A DNA stretch of 14,090 nt from Candidatus Hydrogenedentota bacterium (GCA_034408725.1 JAWXCN010000027.1:1-14090), one strand, 5' to 3'. Positions 1-7,953 are shown, counted from the first letter of the stretch. A program made the numbers and translations. The notes: generated by a model not told the origin, from the letters alone.

Positions 1-1
1 C

Positions 2-694
2 GACTACGCCGCCAAATATGAAAACCGGTGGGTGGAACGAATCCGGGATTTTTACGAACAGAAACTCGTAAGCGGGCTGATCGCGCGCGTGCCGCTGTCG
101 GACTTGACTCTCCCTGTGTTGGATTTGCCCTGCGGCATTGGCAGGTTTCTTCCCGTGTTGCACGCCCGCGTTCCGCGCGTCATTGAAGGTGACTGGAGCA
201 ATCACATGCTTCAGTTCGCAAGGTCCAAACACGAAAAGAATGTGCTGGGATTCGTGCGCGCATCCACGGCGGCGCTTCCCTTCGCGGAACAAAGTTTCGA
301 CCTCGTCTTTTCCGTGCGCCTGTGCCACCACTTCCCCACTACCCAGGAACGCGCGGAATACATCCGGGAAATGCTTCGCATCTCGCGCCGCTGGGTCATT
401 CTCACCTATTTGGACAAACACTCGACCCAGAACACCGTGCGCTCCATGGTGCGACGGTTAAAGGGAAAACGGTTGAAATGGAGCATGACGAAAGACGAGA
501 TCGCCGAGACTGCCGCCGAACAGGGATTCACGGTTGTACATTCGGTGCTTTTGTCCCGCTTTTTTTCAGGCCAGCGTTACGCCATTTTGCAAAGAAACGC
601 GCAAGTCCAGTGCAACGGGCTGACGGCTCGAAATCCACTATCACCTCACGAATTGAATAATGACGGCCTTTCAGCAAATGTGGTTGGCCTGTGA
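2..694 (+). CDS. Class I SAM-dependent methyltransferase (Methyltransf_11/25-like), 5'-truncated by the window edge
   Basis: The frame is open from position 2 (DYAAKYENRWVERIRDF...), so the GTG at 32 is probably not the true start. SAM-binding motif I VLDLPCGIGRF, motif II-like IEGDWSNHML, and LPFAEQSFDLVFSVRLCHHF and EMLRISRR are typical of this fold. Stop TGA at 692-694. Confidence 0.85.
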   Translation, partial: DYAAKYENRWVERIRDFYEQKLVSGLIARVPLSDLTLPVLDLPCGIGRFLPVLHARVPRVIEGDWSNHMLQFARSKHEKNVLGFVRASTAALPFAEQSFDLVFSVRLCHHFPTTQERAEYIREMLRISRRWVILTYLDKHSTQNTVRSMVRRLKGKRLKWSMTKDEIAETAAEQGFTVVHSVLLSRFFSGQRYAILQRNAQVQCNGLTARNPLSPHELNNDGLSANVVGL

Positions 695-864
695 CGGTAT
701 TGGCGGTCATTGGCTCGATACGCGAGCATGGGAAAGCGACTTGCGCGGGAAAATGCTGGGGGTTCGCGATCTGAACTACTGACGCCTTACTTTTCCCTTT
801 CAGAACTTCCATTTTGGAACGGGAAAAAGTACCTTGTCCTCGGACTGGAAAAGAGGACTTCCCA

Positions 865-2139
865 ATGTTCATAAAACGCACGCCAATTCAATCGCGCAAG
901 AGCCCCGCAATTCTCGCGTGCCTCCTTGCAACCACTTTCTGTACTCCGGGGACAGCGTACTGTGAGGACACTGGCGCGCCCAAGGCCGCAACCACGAATA
1001 CCGCCCCCGTGCGCGGCCAAATCGTCCTGTCCCGGGCGAGCAACGAATGGATGTCGCAACAAATCGAAGAACCCTGCATCCTGCCAAACCCGAAGGTGCC
1101 AGGCCGCCTGATCATGTTTTATGGCGCGGTCCCCGCGTCGAACCGCGCATACGCCGCCGTTGGCAAGGCATGGGCAATTGAGAGCGATCCCTTCACCTGG
1201 CATCAGGACGAAGCGAACCCTATTTTCCGCCCAGGCCCGACCGGATGGGATTCCGCCAGTTTCAGACTCGACACGGTCCTCTATATCCCCGAAGAGGACG
1301 CCTACTACATCTACTACTCCGGCACGACGGGATCGGTGCAGGACCGCATCGGTCTTGCGATCTGCCCCGTTGGCGCGGATGGGTATTCAGAAGTGACGCC
1401 GGAAAACATCAAGCGCTACGGCGATGCGCCCGTGCTCGCTCCGGAACCCGCCGCGCCATATCACGAAGAAATGGCGTCGCAAGCCGCCGTCATGCGCGAG
1501 TGGAACGAAATTGAAAAGCAGTGGAACTGGTACATGTACTACTCCTACCGCGGCAAAGATGGAATACTACCCGGCATCCGCCTCGCCACATCAACCGACG
1601 GCAAAAGCTGGACCCGCCAGTTCAACAAAGATGACCCGCGCGGCATGGGCCAGATTTTCGAGTCCACCCCAAACGCCTACTACGAATGGCACCAGATTCT
1701 GAAGATTGAAGGGACTGTCCCCGCTGAACCAAACGCGACCCCATCCTCGACAACTGCAACTCCAGCGGGGGCTGTCCCCGAACCCTCTCCAACCTCCGCC
1801 GACACCTACGTCCTCTGTATCGAAGTCGGCGTCGACCACGGCGCGCGCTGGCGCCCCGGCCTGGCCGTCAGCAACGACCCTGCAAAGGGCTGGACCGAAC
1901 TGGACCTCGACACCATGATTCAAACAAAATGGCAAGGCCTCTACAGTGACTCGACTCTCTACCACGTCGCCACGCCCGCCCTATATGAAATTGCCGGCCA
2001 ATGGTACCTGTTCTGCCAAGCGTGCGCTCGCCCCGGCAACAATGTGTACACGGACGGCGCATGGGAAATGTGGGCGGTTGAATGCAACCGGGTGATCCCG
2101 ACAAAACCGGGCTTCGTGGAGTTGCGGGTGCCGGGATGA
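865..2139 (+). CDS. Secreted five-bladed beta-propeller glycoside hydrolase-like protein (GH43/62/32/68/117/130 superfamily fold)
   Basis: ATG at 865 with SD-like AAGAGGA at 851-857, in frame with ORF 814..2139. Signal-peptide-like N-terminus (basic KR..RK, then AILACLLATTF, with AYC-ED as a possible cleavage site). Repeated blade signatures: EEPCIL..LIMFYGA, NPIFRPGPTGWDS, YYIYYSG..RIGLA, WYMYYS..IRLATSTDGKSW, GLAVSNDPAKGW, TPALYEIAGQWYLF. Confidence 0.7.
   Translation: MFIKRTPIQSRKSPAILACLLATTFCTPGTAYCEDTGAPKAATTNTAPVRGQIVLSRASNEWMSQQIEEPCILPNPKVPGRLIMFYGAVPASNRAYAAVGKAWAIESDPFTWHQDEANPIFRPGPTGWDSASFRLDTVLYIPEEDAYYIYYSGTTGSVQDRIGLAICPVGADGYSEVTPENIKRYGDAPVLAPEPAAPYHEEMASQAAVMREWNEIEKQWNWYMYYSYRGKDGILPGIRLATSTDGKSWTRQFNKDDPRGMGQIFESTPNAYYEWHQILKIEGTVPAEPNATPSSTTATPAGAVPEPSPTSADTYVLCIEVGVDHGARWRPGLAVSNDPAKGWTELDLDTMIQTKWQGLYSDSTLYHVATPALYEIAGQWYLFCQACARPGNNVYTDGAWEMWAVECNRVIPTKPGFVELRVPG
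1711..1800 (+). repeat. 90-bp in-frame insert with two GGG(A/G)CTGTCCCC repeat cores, encoding a 30-aa P/T/A/S-rich loop
   Basis: GGGACTGTCCCC at 1711-1722 and GGGGCTGTCCCC at 1768-1779. Encodes GTVPAEPNATPSSTTATPAGAVPEPSPTSA between ILKIE and DTYVLCIE. The core resembles the arms of the 8301-8401 element. Confidence 0.55.
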
Positions 2140-2190
2140 CGCTCAGCACCTTCGCCGTAACACTTCTGATCACGCCAAAGATAAGGGGGA

Positions 2191-2287
2191 GCGTTTTGGA
2201 GTGGCAAGGGGGCGATCTTGATAAATGATGAAGTCTGCGGGCTGTGGGAAGTGAAAGCGGTAGCTACCGCTACCGCACTCCAAGGCG
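2191..2287. repeat. REP/REPIN-like palindromic element (GGAGTGCG family), left copy decayed
   Basis: 2249-2287 AAGTGAAAGCGGTAGCTACCGCTACCGCACTCCAAGGCG closely matches 10535-10574 AAGTGAAGGCGGCAGCTACCCGCCGCCGCACTCCAAGGCG. It contains the perfect 14-bp palindrome GCGGTAGCTACCGC (2257-2270). An inverted remnant GCGTTTTGGAGTG lies at 2191-2203. Confidence 0.75.
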
Positions 2288-2290
2288 TGG

Positions 2291-2716
2291 TTATGTGGGT
2301 TGTGGGAGGATGTAGAGCATGAGGTAGATCACGACGCCCGTGATGGACACATACATCCACACAGGCCAGAGAATTTTGGTGATGCGCGTGTGCTTGACGA
2401 AATCGGCTTTCAGCGCGAACCACGTGGCGGCAATGATGAACGGCGTCATAAGCGCGGCGAGGGGCGTATGCGTGATGAGGATGGCAAAGTAGAGATACCG
2501 CGCGGGGCCTTGACCCTGGTAGCGGACCGAGCCGACGTTGTAGTGGTAATACAGGTAGCAGGCGAGGAACAGCGTCGAACATGCGAGCGCTGCGACCATG
2601 AAGTTGCGGTGCGTATCGCGTTTGCCGGATTTGATGGCGCGCCATCCGAGGAAAAGGAGCATTGCGGCAATGCCATTGAGTGTCGCGTTGACGGTGGGGA
2701 GCAGGGGAAGGTCCAT
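2291..2716 (-). CDS. DUF420 family membrane protein (YozB/CtaM-like, cytochrome oxidase assembly)
   Basis: 141 aa with four hydrophobic helices. Motifs LPTVNATLNG, HRNFM, FLACYLYYH, YFAILITH, H..I....WPVWMYVSITGVVIY are characteristic of DUF420. The ATG overlaps the SCO stop codon (TAATG). Confidence 0.9.
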   Translation of the reverse strand: MDLPLLPTVNATLNGIAAMLLFLGWRAIKSGKRDTHRNFMVAALACSTLFLACYLYYHYNVGSVRYQGQGPARYLYFAILITHTPLAALMTPFIIAATWFALKADFVKHTRITKILWPVWMYVSITGVVIYLMLYILPQPT

Positions 2717-3342
2717 TACGCCTGTTCTTTCAACAGACGCTCAATATCCGCCGCGCACTCCCGCACCGATAGTTCTTCCATGCCGTCGTAATATCCGCGA
2801 AGATGGCCCTTCGCATCCACGAGCATGAACCGGCGGCTGTGTTGCATGGGGTCGTCGGGAACGCCAACTTTGAATCCTTGCTCGCCGGCCATACGATGCA
2901 CTTCATCGAGTGATCCAGTGAGGAATTTCCAGCGCGTGGTGTCGGCTTTATTTTGCTTGGCGTACGCCGAGAGCACTTCAGGCGTGTCTTTGTCCGGCTC
3001 GACGCTAATTGAAATAAAGCGCACGTTGCCGTTGTCCTTGAAGTAGTCGTGCAGACCGCCCATGTGCCGCGTCATGACGGGGCACGCGCCCTGGCACCGG
3101 GTCAGGAAGAAGTCGACGACCCAGATTCTGCCGTCTAGCGTTTTGCTGGACCACGGCCCGCCCGATTCATCGATGAGGTCGAACGCGGGGACGGGCCCGA
3201 GATCGAGCAGCGGTTCCGTGGCGGCCTGCGCCACGGGAATTCCGGCGCGCTGCACGCTGTCGCTGATGAGCAGGGGGGTGACGCTCAGTACAATGAGGAT
3301 TGCGCTCAAAATGAACACGAGGCCTATCCGGCGGGACTTCAC
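2716..3342 (-). CDS. SCO1/SenC/PrrC family copper chaperone
   Basis: Likely GTG start at 3342 preceded by AGGAG that overlaps the cyoE stop; the ORF-track start at 3480 overlaps cyoE. N-terminal membrane anchor, DFFLTRCQGACP (CxxxC), ISVEPDKDTPEVL, WKFLTG, conserved His in HSRRFMLVD, and LRGYYDG. Confidence 0.92.
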   Translation of the reverse strand: MKSRRIGLVFILSAILIVLSVTPLLISDSVQRAGIPVAQAATEPLLDLGPVPAFDLIDESGGPWSSKTLDGRIWVVDFFLTRCQGACPVMTRHMGGLHDYFKDNGNVRFISISVEPDKDTPEVLSAYAKQNKADTTRWKFLTGSLDEVHRMAGEQGFKVGVPDDPMQHSRRFMLVDAKGHLRGYYDGMEELSVRECAADIERLLKEQA

Positions 3343-3352
3343 GGCGGTACTC

Positions 3353-4252
3353 CTAGAACTTGAGAGTGAAATCGAGCACGATGAGCGCAAGCAGCAACGG
3401 CAGGTAAAGCACCGACATGCGCAAGACGCGTCGCGCGTCGGCAGTTGCGCCCGTCCGCACCAGTGGTATGCACGATGCAAACATCATCACGCCGAGGGCC
3501 AACGCGCCAACGAAATATACCGGACCCGACACCCCGATCAGCGTGGGCAGCAGCGACACCGGAATGAGCAGCGCCGAGAAGCCCAGTATCTGCCGGAACG
3601 TGCGGCGGCCATCAGGGTCTTCGGAGGGCAGCATCTTGAATCCGCCCTTGGTGTAGTCATCGCGGAAAATCCAGGCTATGGAATAAAAGTGCGGTTGCTG
3701 CCAGATAAATAATATCGCGAACAATACCCATGCGCCGGCTTCGACCTGATTGGTGGCCGCGGTCCAGCCGCCCATCGGCGGCAACGCGCCGGGGACTGCG
3801 CCGATCAATGTGTTAAGCCAGGAAACTTTTTTCATGGGCGTGTATACAAGTACATAGAGAAACGCCGTCAGCAGCGCGAGGAACGCCGTGAGCAGGTTGA
3901 CAGTCCAAAGGAGCAGCAGCGTGCCACCGAGCACCATGTACACGCCCATGAGCAGCGCGTGTTGCGCGGGGACTTGCCCGCTGGGAAGCGGCCGGTTCCT
4001 GGTGCGGTCCATGCACGCGTCGGAATCCTGTTCGAGAAAATGATTCAGAGCGCCCGACCCGGCGGAAGTCATCGACACGCCAATAAGCAGGAAGAGGAGG
4101 CCGTCCCACGCGGCAAACCCATGAAAGCCCATGCCACCCATGAAAAAGCCCAATGTCGCCGTCACCAGCACCATTATGAGGATACGCGGTTTCGCCAGTT
4201 CGATATATGCGGCGACTCGGGATCTGGGTCTATTTCGATTCTTGATTTTCAC
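3353..4252 (-). CDS. cyoE: Protoheme IX farnesyltransferase (heme o synthase; UbiA superfamily)
   Basis: Motifs ELAKPRI, ALNHFLEQDSDACMDRTRNRPLPSG, YVLVYTPMKK, IGAVPGALPPMGGW, FIWQQPHFYSIA, DDYTKGGFKMLP. Start is uncertain (GTG at 4252 or 4255, after AAGGG). The ORF-track extension to 4399 does not look like coding sequence. Confidence 0.95.
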   Translation of the reverse strand: MKIKNRNRPRSRVAAYIELAKPRILIMVLVTATLGFFMGGMGFHGFAAWDGLLFLLIGVSMTSAGSGALNHFLEQDSDACMDRTRNRPLPSGQVPAQHALLMGVYMVLGGTLLLLWTVNLLTAFLALLTAFLYVLVYTPMKKVSWLNTLIGAVPGALPPMGGWTAATNQVEAGAWVLFAILFIWQQPHFYSIAWIFRDDYTKGGFKMLPSEDPDGRRTFRQILGFSALLIPVSLLPTLIGVSGPVYFVGALALGVMMFASCIPLVRTGATADARRVLRMSVLYLPLLLALIVLDFTLKF

Positions 4253-4468
4253 CACCAAAACCCTTGGAGGAAATATGCTACTGGCAGGCGCAGATGTCAC
4301 GGCTACCAAATGTGGATAGTATACTGTGAAAAGGCGCTCGATTTCCACCGGCGCCCCAAGTCCTGAATAAACGGTAAAGGTGCGAATCGGGAAGACCATC
4401 GCGCGGCTACCCTGTTTTGCCTTACAATGCGGAAACTAAGATGTGCAGTAACGTGATTAGAACCTCGC

Positions 4469-5431
4469 GTGTCACGCGACCCAACAGCGAGCGGGCGTAT
4501 GGTGCGCGTTGAACCCATTCGGATACCGCCGGTAAATTTCGACATGTTTGTCGAGGAGGTGGCCGCGGGTTTGGCGTCGTTGTATGGCGAAGCGGCGGCG
4601 CATGACTACCGGCAGAAGGCGCCAGTGGCGATTCAGTCGTCGATCACGCATCCGGCAGTCAACGCATGGGCCGCATTTAACAATGCGGACGACGGTATTG
4701 CGCGTGCAATGCTGGTGTCCGCGGTGCGTGACGGCATTGGCCACATTACTTTTTTGCACGTCCTCGACGGCCATACAGGCCAGGGAATTGAATCGCGGCT
4801 GATCGATGCGGCGGTGGCGCAGCTTCGATCCATGCACGTATCGGGAATCGCGGCGGAACCCGTGGCGTTGTGCCCCTTGCAGATCGAGGATACTTTCGCC
4901 GGGTTGGGGTTTACCCGCGTCGAGCGGCAGCTAATGTCGGCGTCGTTGACCAGCAAGCCCCTGATGGCACGATTGCTTACGGAAAGCACAACAGTCGATT
5001 CGACGGATTTCCCGACTGTGGCGGAAATCATCGTGGAAGCCTACGATGGACATGTCGGCCGGGAGTTGCACGCGGAGGTGCGCACCCAGGCCGGCGCGGA
5101 GAGTTTTGTGCGCACTGCAGCCGACGGCGCGTACGGGCCCACTCGGCCCGGGTTTATTAGAATGATCCGGCGTGGCCGTCCAGTGGCGGCTGTCGTTGGA
5201 TGCGAGGCAGCCCCCGGCGTGGGGTTCGTGCTGCAAATTGTGGTGCGCCCCGAATGCGCGGGAAAAGGGTTGGGAACAGGCCTGTTGCTCGAGCTTGCGC
5301 AAGTGTTCCGCGAGGCGGGTCTTGCGCGTATTGCCCTGGGTGTGACGATGGAAAATCCGGCCCTTCGGTTATATGAACGCCTGGGGTTCAAAAAGATTTT
5401 GCCTGTTGATGCTTTCGTATGGTGGCGATAA
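4469..5431 (+). CDS. Tandem-domain GNAT family N-acetyltransferase
   Basis: Two acetyl-CoA-binding motif A segments (LHVLDGHTGQGIESRLI and IVVRPECAGKGLGTGLL) and a C-terminal NPALRLYERLGF. Start is either GTG 4469 or ATG 4499. Confidence 0.85.
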   Translation: MSRDPTASGRMVRVEPIRIPPVNFDMFVEEVAAGLASLYGEAAAHDYRQKAPVAIQSSITHPAVNAWAAFNNADDGIARAMLVSAVRDGIGHITFLHVLDGHTGQGIESRLIDAAVAQLRSMHVSGIAAEPVALCPLQIEDTFAGLGFTRVERQLMSASLTSKPLMARLLTESTTVDSTDFPTVAEIIVEAYDGHVGRELHAEVRTQAGAESFVRTAADGAYGPTRPGFIRMIRRGRPVAAVVGCEAAPGVGFVLQIVVRPECAGKGLGTGLLLELAQVFREAGLARIALGVTMENPALRLYERLGFKKILPVDAFVWWR

Positions 5432-5446
5432 CCGCGTGAGGTATAT

Positions 5447-6400
5447 ATGAACACCGTTCTGGCATTTTACGTGACAGTTGCCGCGGCATTTGGCGCAGCC
5501 ATGCCGCCATTCCCGCCGGAGATGGAGTTCCTGAATCAGCTCCCCGCCGATGACCCGGATAAAGTTGTCGATGCGGTGCGCCAGTACGTGCTGCTCCAGA
5601 CCGCGTTGGCGGAGTGGGACTCGGACATCATGCAGGAACTTGGCGTGCCCGGTGGCAACATCGAGGACGCCCGCGCGCGAGCGGAATCCGCCAAGAAACG
5701 GTTGGGCGCCATTGGCCAGGCGTACAAGGTATTGCTCGAACGGTATCCTCGAAACGCGCGCGCGCAAAATTACTATGGAGAATATCTCTACGATTACGAA
5801 AACGACGAAGCGGGCGCAATCCGGTATTGGAAAGAGGCGACGATGAACGATGAAAAGCTCGCGTTGCCGTATAACAATCTGGGAATTCACTATTCGCATA
5901 CCGGCCAGATGGCGTTCGGGCTGGACAATTACCGCAAAGCACTCGAACTCGACCCCGGAAACCCGGACTTCAAATTCAACCTCGCGCAGACGTATCTAAT
6001 CAATACCGCCGAGGTCGCGAAGCATCTCAAATGGGATGAAGCGAAGGTGTTCAAGGAAGCGATGAAATTGAGCAAGGAAGCCGCGGAATCCAAGCCAACA
6101 GACTATAAGTTGCAAGAGGATTATGCGACCAATTTCTACGCGGCGGAACGGTACGACGTGAAGCTGGATTGGGCGGACGCCGCCGCGGCGTGGCGGAGGG
6201 CGCGCACCGCCGCGAAGAATAATGAGCAAGTATTTTTCACGTGGTTGAATGAAGCGCGCGCATGGATTCGAAAGCCCGACAAGGTCAAAGCGGAAGAAAG
6301 CCTCAATCAGGCGCTGTTGATTGTCCCCGGCAACGCCGTCGCCACGGGGCTGCTGGAAAAGGTCAAATCCGGCGCCATTGGCGAAGCCAAGGCGAACTGA
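5447..6400 (+). CDS. Exported tetratricopeptide repeat (TPR) protein
   Basis: SD GAGGT upstream of the ATG. Hydrophobic N-terminus ending in AFGA. TPR-like units: YPRNARAQNYYGEYLY, ALPYNNLGIHY..YRKALELDPGNPDFKFNLAQTY, AEESLNQALLIVPGNAVA. Confidence 0.8.
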   Translation: MNTVLAFYVTVAAAFGAAMPPFPPEMEFLNQLPADDPDKVVDAVRQYVLLQTALAEWDSDIMQELGVPGGNIEDARARAESAKKRLGAIGQAYKVLLERYPRNARAQNYYGEYLYDYENDEAGAIRYWKEATMNDEKLALPYNNLGIHYSHTGQMAFGLDNYRKALELDPGNPDFKFNLAQTYLINTAEVAKHLKWDEAKVFKEAMKLSKEAAESKPTDYKLQEDYATNFYAAERYDVKLDWADAAAAWRRARTAAKNNEQVFFTWLNEARAWIRKPDKVKAEESLNQALLIVPGNAVATGLLEKVKSGAIGEAKAN

Positions 6401-6406
6401 TACAGC

Positions 6407-7054
6407 ATGACTGGACCTGCGCTCGCAACGCCGCCGCGCCGAAAGGCCCTATCACCTGCCCGCAAAGCGTTCTACGTCATCATCATTCTTGTGGCGATTG
6501 TGCTCGTTTACTGGATGGGCTTCCGCGGACTGACGCCGTTCCGCGTGCCGACGAAATCCATGGTGAGCGCGCTCCAGCCGAATGATTTCATATTCGCGCT
6601 GCCGCAACAGTCGTACCGGCGCGGCGACATCGTAGTGCTGCACGATCCCTTGCTCGCCGGCGCGTATCTTGTCAAGCGCATCGTGGGAATGCCGGGGGAC
6701 AAGATCGACATCAATTACGGCTATCTGTCCATCAACGAAGCCTATGCGTCCGAGCCGTACATCGTCGAACCCATGAATTATGCGTTAGACGATCTGGCGG
6801 TTGCAGAGAATGAAATCCTCGTGCTCGGCGACAATCGCAACGAAAGCGACGACGCCAGCCGTTGGCTCATCAATCCGGATACGGGCGAAGCCGTCAATGC
6901 CAGCAATGCAACGTCCGATATTGTTGGCGGCATACAGTGGAAACGGACCGTGCCAATGGACACGATCGTGGGGAAAGTTATCTTTCGGTATCTGCCGTTC
7001 AGCCGGTTTGGGAAAGTACATTCGTTCCCGTTGACCAATTCCGAAGGGGAGTAA
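6407..7054 (+). CDS. lepB: Signal peptidase I (S26A)
   Basis: One N-terminal TM helix, catalytic Ser in VPTKSMVSAL, RRGDIVV, catalytic Lys in LVKRIVGMPGD, box E VLGDNRNESDD, and IVGKV. Confidence 0.9.
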   Translation: MTGPALATPPRRKALSPARKAFYVIIILVAIVLVYWMGFRGLTPFRVPTKSMVSALQPNDFIFALPQQSYRRGDIVVLHDPLLAGAYLVKRIVGMPGDKIDINYGYLSINEAYASEPYIVEPMNYALDDLAVAENEILVLGDNRNESDDASRWLINPDTGEAVNASNATSDIVGGIQWKRTVPMDTIVGKVIFRYLPFSRFGKVHSFPLTNSEGE

Positions 7055-7138
7055 GGGCTGGACGCGAAGCCGGCACATCAGTTGCCACGTGGCGCAATGA
7101 TCTGTCAGGCTATCCGGTGAAGGTAAACAGCACGATCC

Positions 7139-7930
7139 ATGAGCAGTTATTACTATCAAGAGCGGCAATCCTATGCGGCGTCTTCCGGCCGGCCCGTAAC
7201 GTACGCCGTGCAGCGCCTGATTCTCGCCAACATTATTGTCTTTGCCGTACAACTAATCGTCTCGATCCCCCTTTCGGGCATTGGAGTTGCCCCTCCGGGC
7301 CTCGCACTCCTGTCCGGAACACCCGCCATGCAGCCAGAATATTGGCTTGGCTTTAATCCAGACCTCTTTCGAATTGGCGCAATCTGGCAACTTGGGACGT
7401 ATATGTTCCTGCACGGCGGGCTTTCCCATCTGTTCTTCAACATGCTGATGCTTTACTTCTTTGGACCCGATATCGAGCGCATCCTGAGCACGCGCCAATT
7501 TTTCCGGTTTTACCTTTTGTGCGGCGCGGTTGGCGTGCTCGCGCAGTTTGGTTTGACATTTTTCGGGTCTGACAGTGTCCCGACGGTTGGCGCGAGCGGA
7601 GCCGTGCTCGGCGTACTCGCAGCCTACGCAGTAGCCTTTCCTCAGCGCGAAATTCGCATTTTCCCGTGGCCGTTCGCGATATATGCCTGGGCGCTTGCAT
7701 TGCTCATCTTTCTAATGAGCCTTTTCATCGACTCGCAGAATCCGGCCACCGCGTGGGCAACGCACGCTGGCGGCATGGTCTGCGGATTCGTGTACATGAA
7801 GTCCGCGCCCACCATTCGCACGTGGTTCGAGCGCGTGCCCAAGAAAAAAACCAAAGACCCCGCCGATCACATCGGTGATGCAGTGGACAACATCTTCAAA
7901 TTCGACGAAGAAAAGCGGCGGAGGAAGTAG
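7139..7930 (+). CDS. Rhomboid family intramembrane serine protease
   Basis: WQLGTYMFLHGGLSHLFFNML, catalytic GASG, catalytic His in AWATHAGG, and about six TM helices. Confidence 0.92.
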   Translation: MSSYYYQERQSYAASSGRPVTYAVQRLILANIIVFAVQLIVSIPLSGIGVAPPGLALLSGTPAMQPEYWLGFNPDLFRIGAIWQLGTYMFLHGGLSHLFFNMLMLYFFGPDIERILSTRQFFRFYLLCGAVGVLAQFGLTFFGSDSVPTVGASGAVLGVLAAYAVAFPQREIRIFPWPFAIYAWALALLIFLMSLFIDSQNPATAWATHAGGMVCGFVYMKSAPTIRTWFERVPKKKTKDPADHIGDAVDNIFKFDEEKRRRK

Positions 7931-7953
7931 CGCGCTTCAGACGCTCGACCATC

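Noticed and set aside
621..697. TGACGG three times (621, 661, 692)
   Set aside because: Only 6 bp long with irregular spacing (40 and 31 bp) and no extended repeat. Not a CRISPR or iteron array.
1959..2791. ORFs 1959..2645 (-) and 2300..2791 (+)
   Set aside because: Alternative-frame or antisense overlaps of the DUF420 gene and the repeat, with no protein-like features.
3343..3480. N-terminal extension of the SCO ORF to 3480
   Set aside because: It overlaps the cyoE 3' end and has Cys/Ser-rich nonsense composition. A good SD plus GTG exists at 3342.
4311..4325. DnaA-box-like TGTGGATAG and palindrome AGTATACT in the cyoE/GNAT divergent region
   Set aside because: A single 8/9 match with no cluster or AT-rich unwinding element, compatible with chance.
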